Assembly: GCA_951406725.2 (NCBI GenBank)
Contig: OX597838.1
Location: 2,914,001 to 2,978,000 of the forward strand
Length of the DNA: 64,000 bases
From: Octopus vulgaris
Taxonomy: Eukaryota
Direction: 5' to 3'
Positions 40,736 to 54,605 of this stretch are shown piece by piece; position 1 is the stretch's first letter, and every line of letters starts with the position of its first letter. A model generated the notes under the pieces. That model made no database searches and was not told where the DNA came from. It saw only the letters and a list, made by a program, of their open reading frames with translations. The translations under genes were made by a program, and so were the position numbers.

Positions 40736-41021
40736 GCGTTGTTGTGTCTCCTCTTTGTTCGTGTTTGACACCACGGTTACTACTACTACGACCAACAATC
40801 GCTACTGCTGCTACCATTTCAGTCGCGGGTCATTCGAACACAAGAAAGCTAAAAAACAACCACGTGGATCCCGTTGAGACCAGCAAGAAACAATAATGAA
40901 CTCCTTTACTACACTCAACTTGAAATTTATAGCTATTATACCAACTACCGACAAAACACCACCACATGGATTCTATTGAGACCAGTAAGAAACAACTATG
41001 AACTTTTCTATTACACTTTTC

Positions 41022-41066
41022 TTTTTTGATAAGGTTCGTTTTTAAAAGAACCGAAACATGTAAAAC
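41022..41066 (+). ncRNA. Degenerate minimal hammerhead
   Basis: TTT-TTGATAA-GGTTC(GTTTTTAAAA)GAACC-GAAA-CATG-TA-AAA. Confidence 0.55.
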
Positions 41067-41263
41067 TCATAAGAAAATTTAAATTTATCTAATATAGTGG
41101 CGTTTTCAAACTTCTTTTTTACAAATATATATATATACATACATACACACATATACACACACACGTATACATGTATACATATACAGACATATCCGTGCAA
41201 AATATGGGTATATGTATGAGTGTATCAGTGTGTATGTATGTGTGTGTTTGTGTGTGTGTGATC

Positions 41264-41400
41264 TGTTTCAGTCATTAGACTGCGGCCATGCTGGGGCACC
41301 GCCTTGAAAAAATTTTAGTCGAATGAATCGATCCAAGTACTTATTAAATTTTTTTAACCTGATACCTGTTCTATCGGTGCTTTTTGGCGAGCTGCTATAT
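41264..41400 (-). mobile_element. SINE family A 3' fragment
   Basis: tgtttcagtcattagactgcggccatgctggggcaccgcc...ttctatcgg. Confidence 0.85.
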
Positions 41401-41454
41401 CACTGAACAAACACAGACAGAAACACACTCACACACACACACACACACAATGAC

Positions 41455-41497
41455 ACTTCTGATAAGAACCCAATAAGGCTCGAAAATCGATTAAGGT
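41455..41497 (+). ncRNA. Degenerate minimal hammerhead
   Basis: ACTT-CTGATAA-GAACC(CAATAA)GGCTC-GAAA-ATCGAT-TA-AGGT. Confidence 0.6.
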
Positions 41498-41795
41498 TGT
41501 TCCTCATTTTGTTTTTCAGTTTGCGGAGAAATGGCTAAAATTTGCCCTGTTTATAATTATACCACATGTTACGTATATATATTTATATATGTATAAATGC
41601 TCTCCTAAATAAAATTACACTTCAAGTTTAAAGTTCCGATGAAGTTATTGGGTGAGGCACAAACACTCGACTAAAAGTATTTTGCGTCTTACATCAGAAA
41701 CAGCTGTGAGCTAATGGAGTTCTTTTTATTCCCTTGTTATTCATTTAATGTCTTTTATATACAGATAGAAAGATAGATAGATATATAGATAGATT

Positions 41796-41848
<53 letters not shown>

Positions 41849-42286
41849 GTACATACATACATACATACATACATACATACATACATACATACATACATAC
41901 ATACATACATACATACATACGTACGTACATACATACATATACATGGATGGGCTGTGTCTGTATGTGGTCGTCGGCGGCACATGAGCTCGTGTGTCTGTGC
42001 TGAATGAAAGAAAATCATATCTGAATGCAAAGTAAGAAAGGCCAGCGTTGACAAGTTAATATGATGTTGTAAGAATGAGGAGGAGAACTTGATATGAGTA
42101 ATGCAGACACAAGTAATACAGACTGAATGACACTCAGGTAGACAACCCTTAATTACAGGTAGTCGACAATTATAGAGTAATGGAGGAAAAAATGGATGAA
42201 CACATATATGTGTGTATGTATACATATATATATATATATGTATATTATATGTGCATATATATGATATATATATGTACATATATTAT

Positions 42287-42356
<70 letters not shown>

Positions 42357-42579
42357 TATGTATATTATGTGATATGTATATATATATATGTATTATATTT
42401 ATATATATGTATATGTATATATGTATGTAAATATATATATATATTTATATTTATATATGTATATGTATGTATGTATATATAAATATGTGTGTGTGTTATA
42501 TGTGAATAGAAGTATACATACACAGATAAAACAGATATGCATTTGAATACATACACATGCATATATATACACACACACT

Positions 42580-42622
<43 letters not shown>

Positions 42623-42989
42623 GCGAGCGTGTGCATTTGTATATATATATATATATATATATTAATATATATATTTATTTATGCATATATATATATATAT
42701 ATAATACAAATGATAGATAAGTATATACATATATACATACATATATATACATATTTACATATATATGTATATAAACATGCATATATGTGTACAGGACATC
42801 AAAAGAACGGAGACAAAATGAAAGATAAAAAACAAAAACATAGAAAACGACCTTTTTTTCGAATAACGAAAGAAACAATCAGAGAAACGAGTCAGGTGAC
42901 ATAAAGAACATTCCCTTCATCAGTTGTCCCCTCTTTTATCTACTCCGCGTTTCGAAGGTAGGGACATATTTATATATATATATATATTA

Positions 42990-43405
42990 CTCTTTTACTC
43001 TTTTCTCTCTTTTACTTGTTTCAGTCATTTGACTGCGGCCATGCTGGAGCACCGCCTTTAGTCGAACAAATCGACCCCGGGACTTATTCTTTGTAAGCCC
43101 AGTACTTATTCTATCGGTCTCTTTTGCCGAACCGCTAAGTGACGGGGACCTAAACACACCAGCATCGGTTGTCAAGCAATGCTAGGGGGACAAACACAGA
43201 CACACAAACATATACACACACACTTATATATATATACATATATACGACAGGCTTCTTTCAGTTTCCGTCTACCAAATCCACTCACAAGGCATTGGTCGGC
43301 CCGGGGCTATAGCAGAAGACACTTGCCCAAGATGCTACGCAGTGGGACTGAACCCGGAACCATGTGGTTGGTTAGCAAGCTACTTACCACACAGCCACTC
43401 CTGCG

Positions 43406-43409
<4 letters not shown>
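42990..43409 (-). mobile_element. SINE family A, full-length young copy in (TA)n
   Basis: Nearly identical to 25671-26069. Confidence 0.96.
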
Positions 43410-43467
<58 letters not shown>

Positions 43468-43519
43468 CATATATATGGAATGACATAGTCACTATAAATA
43501 AAGATAAGTACGAGAAGTA

Positions 43520-44795
43520 TCAGTGTACATAATAGGCGGTCAGAGACAGTCGTGTCTTTATTGGTTTTACCAAGTATGCTGTATACCGAAGTGGGTGTTA
43601 TACCAATCCAACATTTTAAGGATGTAATAGTAGCGACGAGGATTTAAACAAATCTCGGAGAATTAATAAACTCTACGAGGGATTAACAACTCGCAAGGAA
43701 ATAAAAATTCACGAGAAGTTAACAAACTCACGAAGTTTTGTTGTGTGAATTTTACGAAAAAAATCGTAAAATTTATGGAAAATTTGTTGACCGGCTTGCT
43801 CGATTTGCAAAAACAGCAACAACAGCAACTGAAAGAACAACAACAATTACTATTACAGCAACAAATACTGGAATTAATGAAGTCGGCAGGAAATTCAGAA
43901 AAAGCGTTCTGGACAGATTCCATCGCGAACTCCATAACAGAATTCACATACGAACCAGACGAAGGAGTTACTTTTTGCGGCATACTACAGAAGATATGAG
44001 CAAATCTTCGTTTAAGAATGTAGAGTGTTTTCTGCAAAAAACCACGATGAAAATCTGGAAATAAACCCTTGTTTTACATGTGGAGATATACACGTGAGGA
44101 AAAATTGTCTATTTAAAAAACGAAATGCTTTCGTCAGGGTAATATCGGACATATAAAGACGCACTTTAGAACGAAGATGACAAAACGTCAGAACAAAGGA
44201 AAAAGAATAAATATTATGTAATCGGAAGAAATCTTTATATATAAAGCTGAAGTTGAGTGTGTGAGAGTGTCTCCTCCGATTTAGATTCCTAACTACTCCC
44301 ACATTTTGCGGTGCAGTTTAACTAAAAGCGGATATCTTATAGTCATGATTCATATCGAGCCCTTCTGTGTATTAGCGCGCGTCTACGATGATAAAAAAAT
44401 TTACCATCATTTTTTCGCATTTTTAATGCATTTTTTGCTCGGTTTATATATGGGAAGTAACTCTCTAAAAATGCTTATATAGTTATTTCCCTTACAAACC
44501 CGAGCAACGCCGGGCGATACTGCTAGTTGGTAATATAACGATGAGGAAATTCGGGAAGAAATGCAAATGTTAAAATGCAGTTGGACACTGGAAGTCATAT
44601 TACCATTATAAACGAAAAATCGTGGAAACTTGTCGATAAACCGAAATTAATTAAATCGAAAAAGGTGACACACTGTGTTACGGGAAAAGATTATATTTTT
44701 TTTGGTGAATTCAAATGTAACGTAACATTTCGAGGTCAACCGAAAAAGGCTGAGATATATGTGTTAAAAAGTTCACTTAATCTATTGGACACAGA
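43520..44795 (+). mobile_element. Gypsy LTR retrotransposon relic (PBS, gag, zinc knuckle, protease)
   Basis: PBS-like tagcgacgaggat at 43631; gag from ATG 43775 with SITEFTYEPDEGVTF; CFTCGDIHVRKNC knuckle at about 44069; protease MQLDTGSHITII at 44575; internal deletion, no RT. Confidence 0.85.
44232..44526 (+). mobile_element. Non-autonomous Helitron inserted in the Gypsy relic
   Basis: A|TCTTTATATATAAAG start, subterminal hairpin cccgagcaacgccggg, CTAG|T end, no TSD. Confidence 0.9.
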
Positions 44796-45278
44796 AGAAC
44801 GGGAGAAGAAAGTGAAACGGAAATGAGAGAAAACAGAAGGCGTCGGGTGGTTGAGGTGGTTTGGGTCCAGTGACAAATAGAAAAGATTTATGAAGTGCGG
44901 AGGAAAGATTTCTCATGATAAATGTCGGTTCATCGTTTTGTTATATAATGTGATACATAAATAATGAAAGCATAAAATATACAGCCGTAGCAGCAATACG
45001 GAATATGTAATATTTGCATATATCTGTGTGTATGTGTGTGTGTACTCATACTCATTTATACGTGTGTATGTGAGTGTGTGTATATATATATATATACATA
45101 CTCATATACATGTGTATGTGTGTGTGTGTGCTTAAGTATACACGTAAAACACTTCAAAATACATTTATTTATATAGAAACAAATCATTTTGACCGATATC
45201 CTGTATTTGTGTGTATATATGTGTGTACGTGTGTGTCTGTGTGTATGTGTACCTGTATACATATATATATACACACAC

Positions 45279-45403
<125 letters not shown>

Positions 45404-45708
45404 TTTATATTTGTGTGCATGTGCGTGTATGTCTTCATTTGCACATGTCTGTGTCGGTGTACGTGTGTGTGTGTGCGTGTTCAGGCACCCGTGAAGTGGT
45501 TCGTTTGATGATAAGCTATCAAAGACACTGTTCAAAGCTGAAGCATATTTACGTAAGACGGGTGAGTAAAGAAATCACTTTACGGAAATGACATGAAATC
45601 TCTCTGCGCCGACTCTGTTATGAATCTGTACCGTCTGTTTGCTTTGTTGCAATTTGTTTGGATTGCAACACAACATACACACGTAGCCATATATATATAT
45701 ACATACAC

Positions 45709-45809
<101 letters not shown>

Positions 45810-45918
45810 CACATATGTATATAAACATATATATATGTATATAAACATATGTAAATATATAAATCTATATATATATATACATGTATATATAAACAGATAT
45901 ATATATTTATGTGTATAA

Positions 45919-45973
<55 letters not shown>

Positions 45974-46126
45974 TATATATTCACACACACTCATTTACAT
46001 ATCGGTACGATACATATATTGTATGGTATAGACAGATAGATAGCTAAATAGATAGATAGATAGATAGATTGAAAGATATACATACATGTATGTATACAAA
46101 CACTCTTGTATATAAATGTATATATA

Positions 46127-46179
<53 letters not shown>

Positions 46180-46258
46180 TGTATATATATACATATGTAT
46201 ATACATACATATATATGTATATATATATATGTACATGTGTGCCGAGTGCCCTTCTTTC

Positions 46259-46313
<55 letters not shown>

Positions 46314-46789
46314 TGCATCTGCGTGTATTTAAAGGCTGCCAATTGGCCGAGTCTTTTCGGCGACGGTTAGATTTCTTTGTGGTAATTGGTCCAAGTCTCT
46401 TCACTCTGGATTCCAATGCCGCCGAAGTCAAATTTGTACTAGACATCCCTTTGGGGTGGCTTGATAATGTACCAGCACTGTACTATGGACAATTCTTCCA
46501 TTTGTCTCTTCTGGAAGAAATTGTTTATGGATAGAGATCGAGAGAAATGAATTCCACGTATTCTAAAAATCAACAAGACACGCCATAGGCTACAACGGTG
46601 CGCCAACGACTCAGTCAAGGAGTAGACACACCGACGCAATTTGTGTGTGTGTGTGTGCGTATGCGTGTTTGTGGGGGTCTGTGTGTGTACATATACCTGA
46701 AATTTGTGTGTGCTCGTGTGTGTATTTACGTGTGCTTGTGTATTGGTGACATAAGTTCGTTACGTGCATCTACTATGTTTGCGCGTATA

Positions 46790-47260
46790 CGTAGATCTAA
46801 TCTTCCAGGAGACAGAGAGAGCTGAATCAAGGCCGTTACCGGTACAACGAAGCATTATCAAGTAGTGGATTGATTGACAAGGTAACATATGTGAAAAACA
46901 TCCTACTCCAACCCCTGCAACCGAAGAGAACCAGAAAGCGAAAAATAATCTCAAACCTCCATTTAATCTTTCTTTGGTCAAGAGGCATTTCCCTAAAGGC
47001 CATAAGTATTATAAGCTATTCAAACTCCACAACGTTAAGGTTGGTTACAGCTGCTGAGACGACATTGCTTCTAATATCACATACTACAGTGAACGCAAGC
47101 AGCCCCCAACCTACATCCAAACCCGTGACTTCAGAAATCCTACAAACAGCCTTCTGGGAGGGTCCTGCCTCTCACAGGCTGTGATCTACAACACCACCCT
47201 TAAATCATCCGACGGTATCACAAGACACTACACGGGTATGACACTACACGTTGCGTGGAG
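46790..47260 (+). mobile_element. Second Penelope-like relic (linker and GIY-YIG)
   Basis: YNEALSSSGLIDKVTY, RTRKRKII, HKYYKLFKLHNVKVGYSC, GSCLSQAVIYNTTLKSSDGITRHYTGMT; SDGITRHY shared with about 36675. Confidence 0.85.
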
Positions 47261-47383
47261 CCGAATCAAATTTGTTAAACAATACGTGTATCTCCTACCA
47301 CGTGTTCAATGCGACTTTCATTCATTTGTCTATTTCATTCGTGTGCATATGTATGTATGTGTAAATGTATGTATGTATGCATG

Positions 47384-47456
<73 letters not shown>

Positions 47457-48165
47457 TTCTTCATGTTTATACACAACTTATCAACTAAGCTCTACTAAAC
47501 ATATTAGACATATATCGAAAAATCATTTCGTATATAGAAAATTTGGCATATACACAAATACATACGTAAAAAGAAACACGAACATACAAATATACACTCA
47601 CACACACACACTCGCACATATCTCTCTGTGTGTCTATGTACATGTATATGTGTGTATGTAGATATATATATATATATATATAGATAGATATACATATATA
47701 TGTGTATGTTTATATATATATATACACACTCACACACACATATACACGTATATATTAACTCACATTAATGTCTGTTTTAAAGTAGCTTTTTCAAACATAA
47801 ATTTCTTATTATTTCGTTGTTATTTTTTTTTCTCTTTCCGTAAAAATCTTTACATCCCCCACCCTCATTATTTGGTCAAGCGTTCTATAAGATTAGTCTT
47901 GCCAAACTATTATTGGCTGTACCAAAACTCAAAGGTTGAGTCAACAGACAAAATGAGAAAAACAAACAAGCAAATATATTGTTTCATAACATTAAATTAA
48001 ACGACCGAGGTTATGCAAACGTTATCGAAATTTTACGTTATTTAGATAATGTTTGGAAAACCATGTCAAATATTTTGATATTTCAAACTCAATACTATTT
48101 CATTCCGTTTTAGTCTATATTTATTATCACCTTTATTATTTTTGGTATTCCTATTATTATTATTA

Positions 48166-48227
<62 letters not shown>

Positions 48228-48781
48228 GAGTGAGAGAGCAGTTCATGCTATCAAAGTGACACTGGGGTAAAATATACGAAGCCCAATATACCCATCATGA
48301 CTACCCGTCTGATAAAGGTACACCAGGCACATGCATCACAACCATATGTGCGCGACATGGTGATCTCATATCAAGATAAACAGCACATGACCTTGCAGGT
48401 GGGGCCCAGTTAGAATTTTCTTCAGGTCGAGTAGCCCATCCCGCTCAAAAAGTCCCTGAATAAGGGTTGCTTAAGGACGTTGAACGAAACACCTATGTTT
48501 CCAGAGGTGAATTATTCAAACCCCAAAGAATCCTTCTCAACACATGGCCATGATGCTCCCCCACTACTTCTGCTCGTGATCAGAGATGCACATATCGTCA
48601 GCCACTAAGGGACATGCTCAACTGGTTAAGGTCAAACAACTGACAAGCAAATCTGTGGTATTGAGCAGAATATTTGCTGTAGCCCATCTTTTATACCAAG
48701 ACAAAACAATGTACATGATAACACTTCCAATCAGTTAAGATCAGAAGCCATGAGAGCCACTGCCTGGTACTGCATCAGGGC

Positions 48782-48783
<2 letters not shown>
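48228..48783. mobile_element. About 555-bp non-coding insertion within (TAA)n
   Basis: Complex sequence with sharp ends between two pure (TAT)n tracts (48150-48227, 48784-48857); no ORF >=60 aa. Confidence 0.7.
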
Positions 48784-48858
<75 letters not shown>

Positions 48859-48859
<1 letters not shown>

Positions 48860-49130
48860 GGCGGCGAGCTAGCAGAATCGTTAGTACGCCAGGCGAAACG
48901 CTTACTGGCATTTCGTCCGTAAGGTTCTGATTTCAAATTCCGCCCATGTCGACTTTGCCTTTCATCCTTTCGGAGCCGATAAATATATATAACTCATTTT
49001 GCCAGCTGGGTGGACAGGACCAACGTGAAATGGAGTGCTTTGCCCAAGAACACCATGCGTCGCCTGGTCCAGGAATCGAAACCACAATCTTGCTATCATG
49101 AGCCCAACACCCTAACCACTAAAGCACGCC
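48859..49130. mobile_element. SINE B (+, 48859-48985) abutting a SINE C fragment (-, 48992-49130)
   Basis: Match to other copies in the window. Confidence 0.8.
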
Positions 49131-49524
49131 CCCAAACACACACTACAACCGTGACTATTACACTATTACAGTCATCACTACCACAGATTGAGCGTAACTA
49201 CCACCGTCACACCGTAGCGTTCACTACCACTACATGACTAAAAATGCTACAATTACCAACACACTACTTCATGTAGCATCACCACTCCACTACAACAACC
49301 ACCACACTGCATACAACCACCACGCACTTGCAATCACTACTATCACCACAACACTACTATATCTACTACTACCGCGCCACTATAACCAATACTGTTATCG
49401 CTACACTTCTACAATCAGTATTTCGCCTTCGTTTCGGTCTTTCATTGCGTTTGTCTTCTTTTTTGTTTTTCTCTCTCTACAATTCTCCTCCGTCTTCAGT
49501 TCTTTTCTTCTCTTACCGACTAAC

Positions 49525-49702
49525 TTTATCATCATCATCATCTTCATCATCATCATCATCATCTTCATCATCATCATCTTCATCATCATCATCTTCATCA
49601 TCATCTTCATCATCATCATCTTCATCATCATCTTCATCATCGTCATCGTCGTCATCATCATCATCATCATCACCATCGTCATCATCCTCATCATCATCAC
49701 TG

Positions 49703-49734
<32 letters not shown>

Positions 49735-49779
49735 GTCATCATTATCATCATCATCATCGTCATCATCATTATCATAATC

Positions 49780-49840
<61 letters not shown>

Positions 49841-50115
49841 CTACCACTACCACCACCGTCGCCGTCGCTGCCTCCATTATCTTTATCACAACTTTCGACA
49901 TTATCACCGTCACCACCATCGTCATCATTATCGACTTCATCATTATTCTCATCACAATCATCATCATCACCGTCATTGTCATCATCATCATCATTATCAT
50001 CGTCCTCATCATCATCACCATCTCTATTACCACCATCACCATCATCATCACCTGGAACATCACCACCCATAACACCATCATCACAATCTCCATCATCATC
50101 ATCATCATCATCAGT
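49525..50115. repeat. Imperfect (CAT)n array, about 590 bp
   Basis: Direct inspection. Confidence 0.95.
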
Positions 50116-51212
50116 CATTTTCTTGTCTTATTTTACATCCTTTCTTCCTCAGACTCCTCCTTCTCCTCCTCTCCTCCTCTCCTTCTCCCCCTTCTCTTCC
50201 CCCGTATTCTCCCCACCCCCACCCCCATTATCGTCGTCGTCGTCGTCGTCGTCGCAGTCATCATCTCCCGGTGTTTCCTTTGCGTGCAGACGTTAATGTT
50301 TGTTCTCGTTGTCTCTCGTCATTTGGAGAGAATGCCAGCCAGCAGACGATCGGGCCATCACCAACGCCATCTACACAACTTCTCTTCCATTTTCTTGTTT
50401 TACCCATTTAACTTTATATTTTATTTTACTCCTTTTTTATGAGTTTCTTAATTCATTTATTTGTTTGTGTGTTATTTTGTTTTGTTTGGTGGGTTTTTTT
50501 TTTGATCTGTCATGACGACAGACTTAATCAACGGAGTTGATAGGAGAGAGAAGGAGAGAGAGAGAGGGAGAGAGAGAGAAAGGAAGAGAGAGTACTTATA
50601 TATTGAGAGGTGGGAAGACTGTGAGACAGAGATAGGGAGAGAGATAGAGAGAGAGAGAGAGAATAGAGAGATAGAGAGAGACAGAGAGAAGGGGAAGTGA
50701 CAGAGAGAGAGAGGATGATTGTGAGAAAGAGATGAAGAGAGACAGAGAGAAAGATGGAGAACAGAGAGGCAGAAAGAAAAGAGAAAAAACAGAGAGAGAC
50801 AGAGAGGATATATAGTGAGGTAGAAAGAAAAGAAAGAGGAGAGAAAGAAAGAGAAAGAGAGAACACAAAGAGGCAGAAAGATTGTATATGAGAGAGAGAT
50901 GTATATATAGACAGAAAAACTTTAAGACATAGTGAAGGAGAGACAGAGGAAGAAAAGAAAAGAGATGCAGAAATATTATAAGAGAGAGAAAGAGACAGAA
51001 AGAAAGAGACGAAGAAAAAGAGAAGCAAAGAGATTTGAGAGAGAGAGAGAGAGAGCGGAGGATTGACCGAGAGAAGAGCAGAGAAGCAAAAATGTGAAAG
51101 ATGAGAAGGAGAAAGACAGAGAGAGAAAAGAGGGGCGCATAGAGGTAGAAAGACTATAGTAGAGAGAGAGTGGGAGAGAGAGAGAACATAGGTGCAGAAA
51201 GACTGTTTAGAA

Positions 51213-51255
<43 letters not shown>

Positions 51256-51762
51256 AAAAAGACAAGATGTAGAGCAGGGATAATGGAAGAAAGACAATTG
51301 TGAGACAAACACCTTGAAAAGGTGATGTTTAACACCTTTCAACAAGAATGCAATCTCACCTGCCATACACCATGTGAATTGTCTTCGTAAATTGTAAATG
51401 GCGAATTTCTTCACCATACTCCGCCATCATCCGCCATTCTACGCCATCCCACGCCATCCTCCGACATCCTCCGACCTCCTACGGTGGGTTCCGATTTATT
51501 CTGCAGTATTTGTTTTTTCTCTTTACATTATTGGGGATATATATTTTTTTCTTTTTTCGTAATGTTTCTTCTTTCAGCCATCATTTCTCATCTCTTGTCC
51601 TCTCCCCTTCTCTTTCTCATTATATCCCTCTTTCTATCTCTCTTTCCCTTCCTATATCTGTATCTGTATATCTCTCTTCCATTCCTTCTTCCTTCCTATA
51701 TCTTTCTATCTATCTGTCTGTCTATATATCTATGTACCTGTCTCTCTGTCAATTTATCTATC

Positions 51763-51825
<63 letters not shown>

Positions 51826-52181
51826 CGTGTGTGTGTGTGTGTGTGTAGATACATATATACTAATGTATGAATGGATATGTATATTTTATATATGTATATT
51901 TGTATGTGTGTGTGAGTCTGTTTATATATGTAGTGTTTTATAGTTATGTTTATATGTTTATCAAAATGCGTTCCCTGTGGATACAGGTCTCCCCCTCCAA
52001 CCTCATCACCTCCGTTCTACGGTCCCATTGCGTGGACCCTTATCACGTTTTGTATTTTCTTCTCTTTTTTTAATATTGTCTTCGATTGCCTCTGGCATTG
52101 TGAAGGAAGTTGGTTTGATAGAAGATCCCAGGAGACTACGATTCTGGTGGTGAGGATCCACTCAAACGGAACAAATATTAA

Positions 52182-52397
52182 TCAAACAAATCGACCCCGG
52201 TATTTATCTTTTGTGGGCCTAGTACGTATTTTATCGATCTCCTTTGCCGAACCCCTATGATGCGAGGTCGCGAAAAACACAACTATCGGTTGTCAAGTGA
52301 TGGCAGGAGTACAAACACAGATACATAAATACACACACACACACACACACACACGCATACATACATACATACATACATACATACATACATACATACC

Positions 52398-52440
<43 letters not shown>

Positions 52441-52645
52441 TTATGTATCTGTTTGTGCCCCCACCATCGCTTGACAACCGATATTTGTGTTTTTTGCGAC
52501 TTCGCATCATAGAGGTTCGGCAAAGGAGATCGATAAAATAAGTACTAGGCTCACAAAGGATAAATACCGGGATCGATTTGTTCGACTAGTAAGCGGCGCT
52601 CCAGCATAGCCGTAGTCAGCTGACAGGAAGAAGTAAAAGAATAAA
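52182..52645. mobile_element. Inverted pair of SINE A 3' halves around a microsatellite
   Basis: Arms about 52182-52352 (-) and 52408-52585 (+) are complementary and share non-consensus sequence. Confidence 0.88.
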
Positions 52646-52839
52646 ATAATATATATACACATATATATATATATATATATATATATTATGTGAAATAGAA
52701 AGATGAATAATCTTGTAGTAGATTAATCAAAAGTTTAACCGATACCTTAGTAGCAAAAATCACAGCAGTAAAACAGCACGGTTGGAGGTACAACCATATG
52801 GTGTTGCAACCGTGTGTTGGTGCGGATAATTGAAATTAG

Positions 52840-52951
52840 AACATTATTGGTGAATTGAAGAAATGGAGCTGAACGCAGATTGAACAGAAATCGTTTTATT
52901 TCATTCTACACGTGTTGCGTTCAGCTCCATTTCTTCAATTCACCAATAATG

Positions 52952-52953
<2 letters not shown>
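52840..52953. repeat. Perfect 38-bp inverted repeat with 38-bp spacer
   Basis: aacattattggtgaattgaagaaatggagctgaacgca ... tgcgttcagctccatttcttcaattcaccaataatgtt. Confidence 0.97.
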
Positions 52954-52988
<35 letters not shown>

Positions 52989-53039
52989 AAAGGTTCTGCG
53001 AACAGTGTATCGAACAGGGAGTTCAGCACTGTGTGTGTA

Positions 53040-53257
53040 TATATATTTGTGTTTGTCCCTCTACCACCGCTAGACAACCGGTGTTGGTGCGTTTACGGCC
53101 TCCGTAACTTACTAGTTCGGCATGGGGATCGATACAATAAGTACTAGGGTTGCAAAGAATAAGCCCTGGGGTCGATTTCTTTGACTAAAACTATGTCAGA
53201 TGGTGCTCCGGTATGGCCGCAGTCTAATGACTGAAACAAGTTAAAGAATGAAAGAAT
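53040..53257 (+). mobile_element. SINE family A 3' half, diverged
   Basis: gacaaccggtgttggtg...aataagtactagg...ggggtcgattt...atgactgaaacaag. Confidence 0.85.
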
Positions 53258-53392
53258 ATATGCCAGCGCCTAGAATTTTGGACAAGGATGGAAGCGGAGA
53301 ATGTTTGTAAAGAGAAGGAGGAATAAAGGAATGCTGAGTGGAATTGGACGAGTCCACGCTGTCACCAATAAAACAACAGCAATACACACACA

Positions 53393-53512
<120 letters not shown>

Positions 53513-54041
53513 ATATAATATGTAAACAGATGATGCAGAAATGACAAAACTATTAAAATATTTAATTTTGTCTCAGAGGAATCATCGATATTCAATTATA
53601 CAAGGAATCGAATGAGAATAACCGATTTGGGAGTTATTTTAATCACGTCGACCCAAAAATGTCGCTTAAGACTCCGTTTACAAAGGGAAATCACTCTCAT
53701 TAAAAATTCACCTTATTAGAAACGTACACCGCAAGTAACTTTCGAGTTAATATCGCTAATTTATATTCCCCTTGTGTCCACGTGTTTCAAGTTAACTTAG
53801 AGATGCTTCGCTTCCGTTGCTCTCTTGCATAATTCAATATTTTAAAGTTGCCTGGTTTGTTGTTTGCTTGTTTTTTGTTTTTGTGGTGGGGGTAAATATT
53901 TTAATATTATATTATCTATATATTTCATAGATATTATAATTTTTTTTTAATATTACGACAGGTAATTGACTGAGTTATCTGAGCGTCGAATAAATTGTTT
54001 TCGGGTAATTGTAATGGCTCTGAGTTCAAATCGCGCTGAGG

Positions 54042-54073
<32 letters not shown>

Positions 54074-54553
54074 ATCATCCGCCTGAACACAATGTTCAGA
54101 CACAGCATTCGATTTTTAAGAATTCTTAAGTTTCTCATATTTCTTAAAACTATAAGATTTAAATACTCTTTTTTATAAATCCTTTAGACTAACTTTGATG
54201 GGAGAAATATAGGTGATTGTCAAGGTTGGAATTAACTCGCTCATACCAAACTATATCTTCTCGAAATGGCCGTCAGACTTTGCGCCTCTCAAGATTCCAT
54301 TTTAAATCCTTTTACACCAACTTCTTCATCTCTTTGGATTACCGCTACACATTCACCATCCGCATATTTTAATATCTTCATTGATTTTAATACGGACATT
54401 TATGCATCTTTATATATTTATATATGTATGAATTTTTATATTATATCTTGTGTATATGGATGCACGTATGTATACTGCGGAGTATTCCGACGCTTTGAAA
54501 TATATGGAGGGAATATGAACGCTGACATTTGAAATTTGTTCTCGCTTGCTAGG

Positions 54554-54605
<52 letters not shown>

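Noticed and set aside
48720-48783. HDV-like or twister ribozyme at the end of the TAA insertion
   Set aside because: Could not build the required pseudoknot or P1 pairing by eye
49234-50442. 402-aa ORF and antisense poly-Asp/poly-Met ORFs
   Set aside because: Explained entirely by the (CAT)n array
54190-54405. Possible old RTE 3' end on the minus strand
   Set aside because: Resemblance too weak to support by eye
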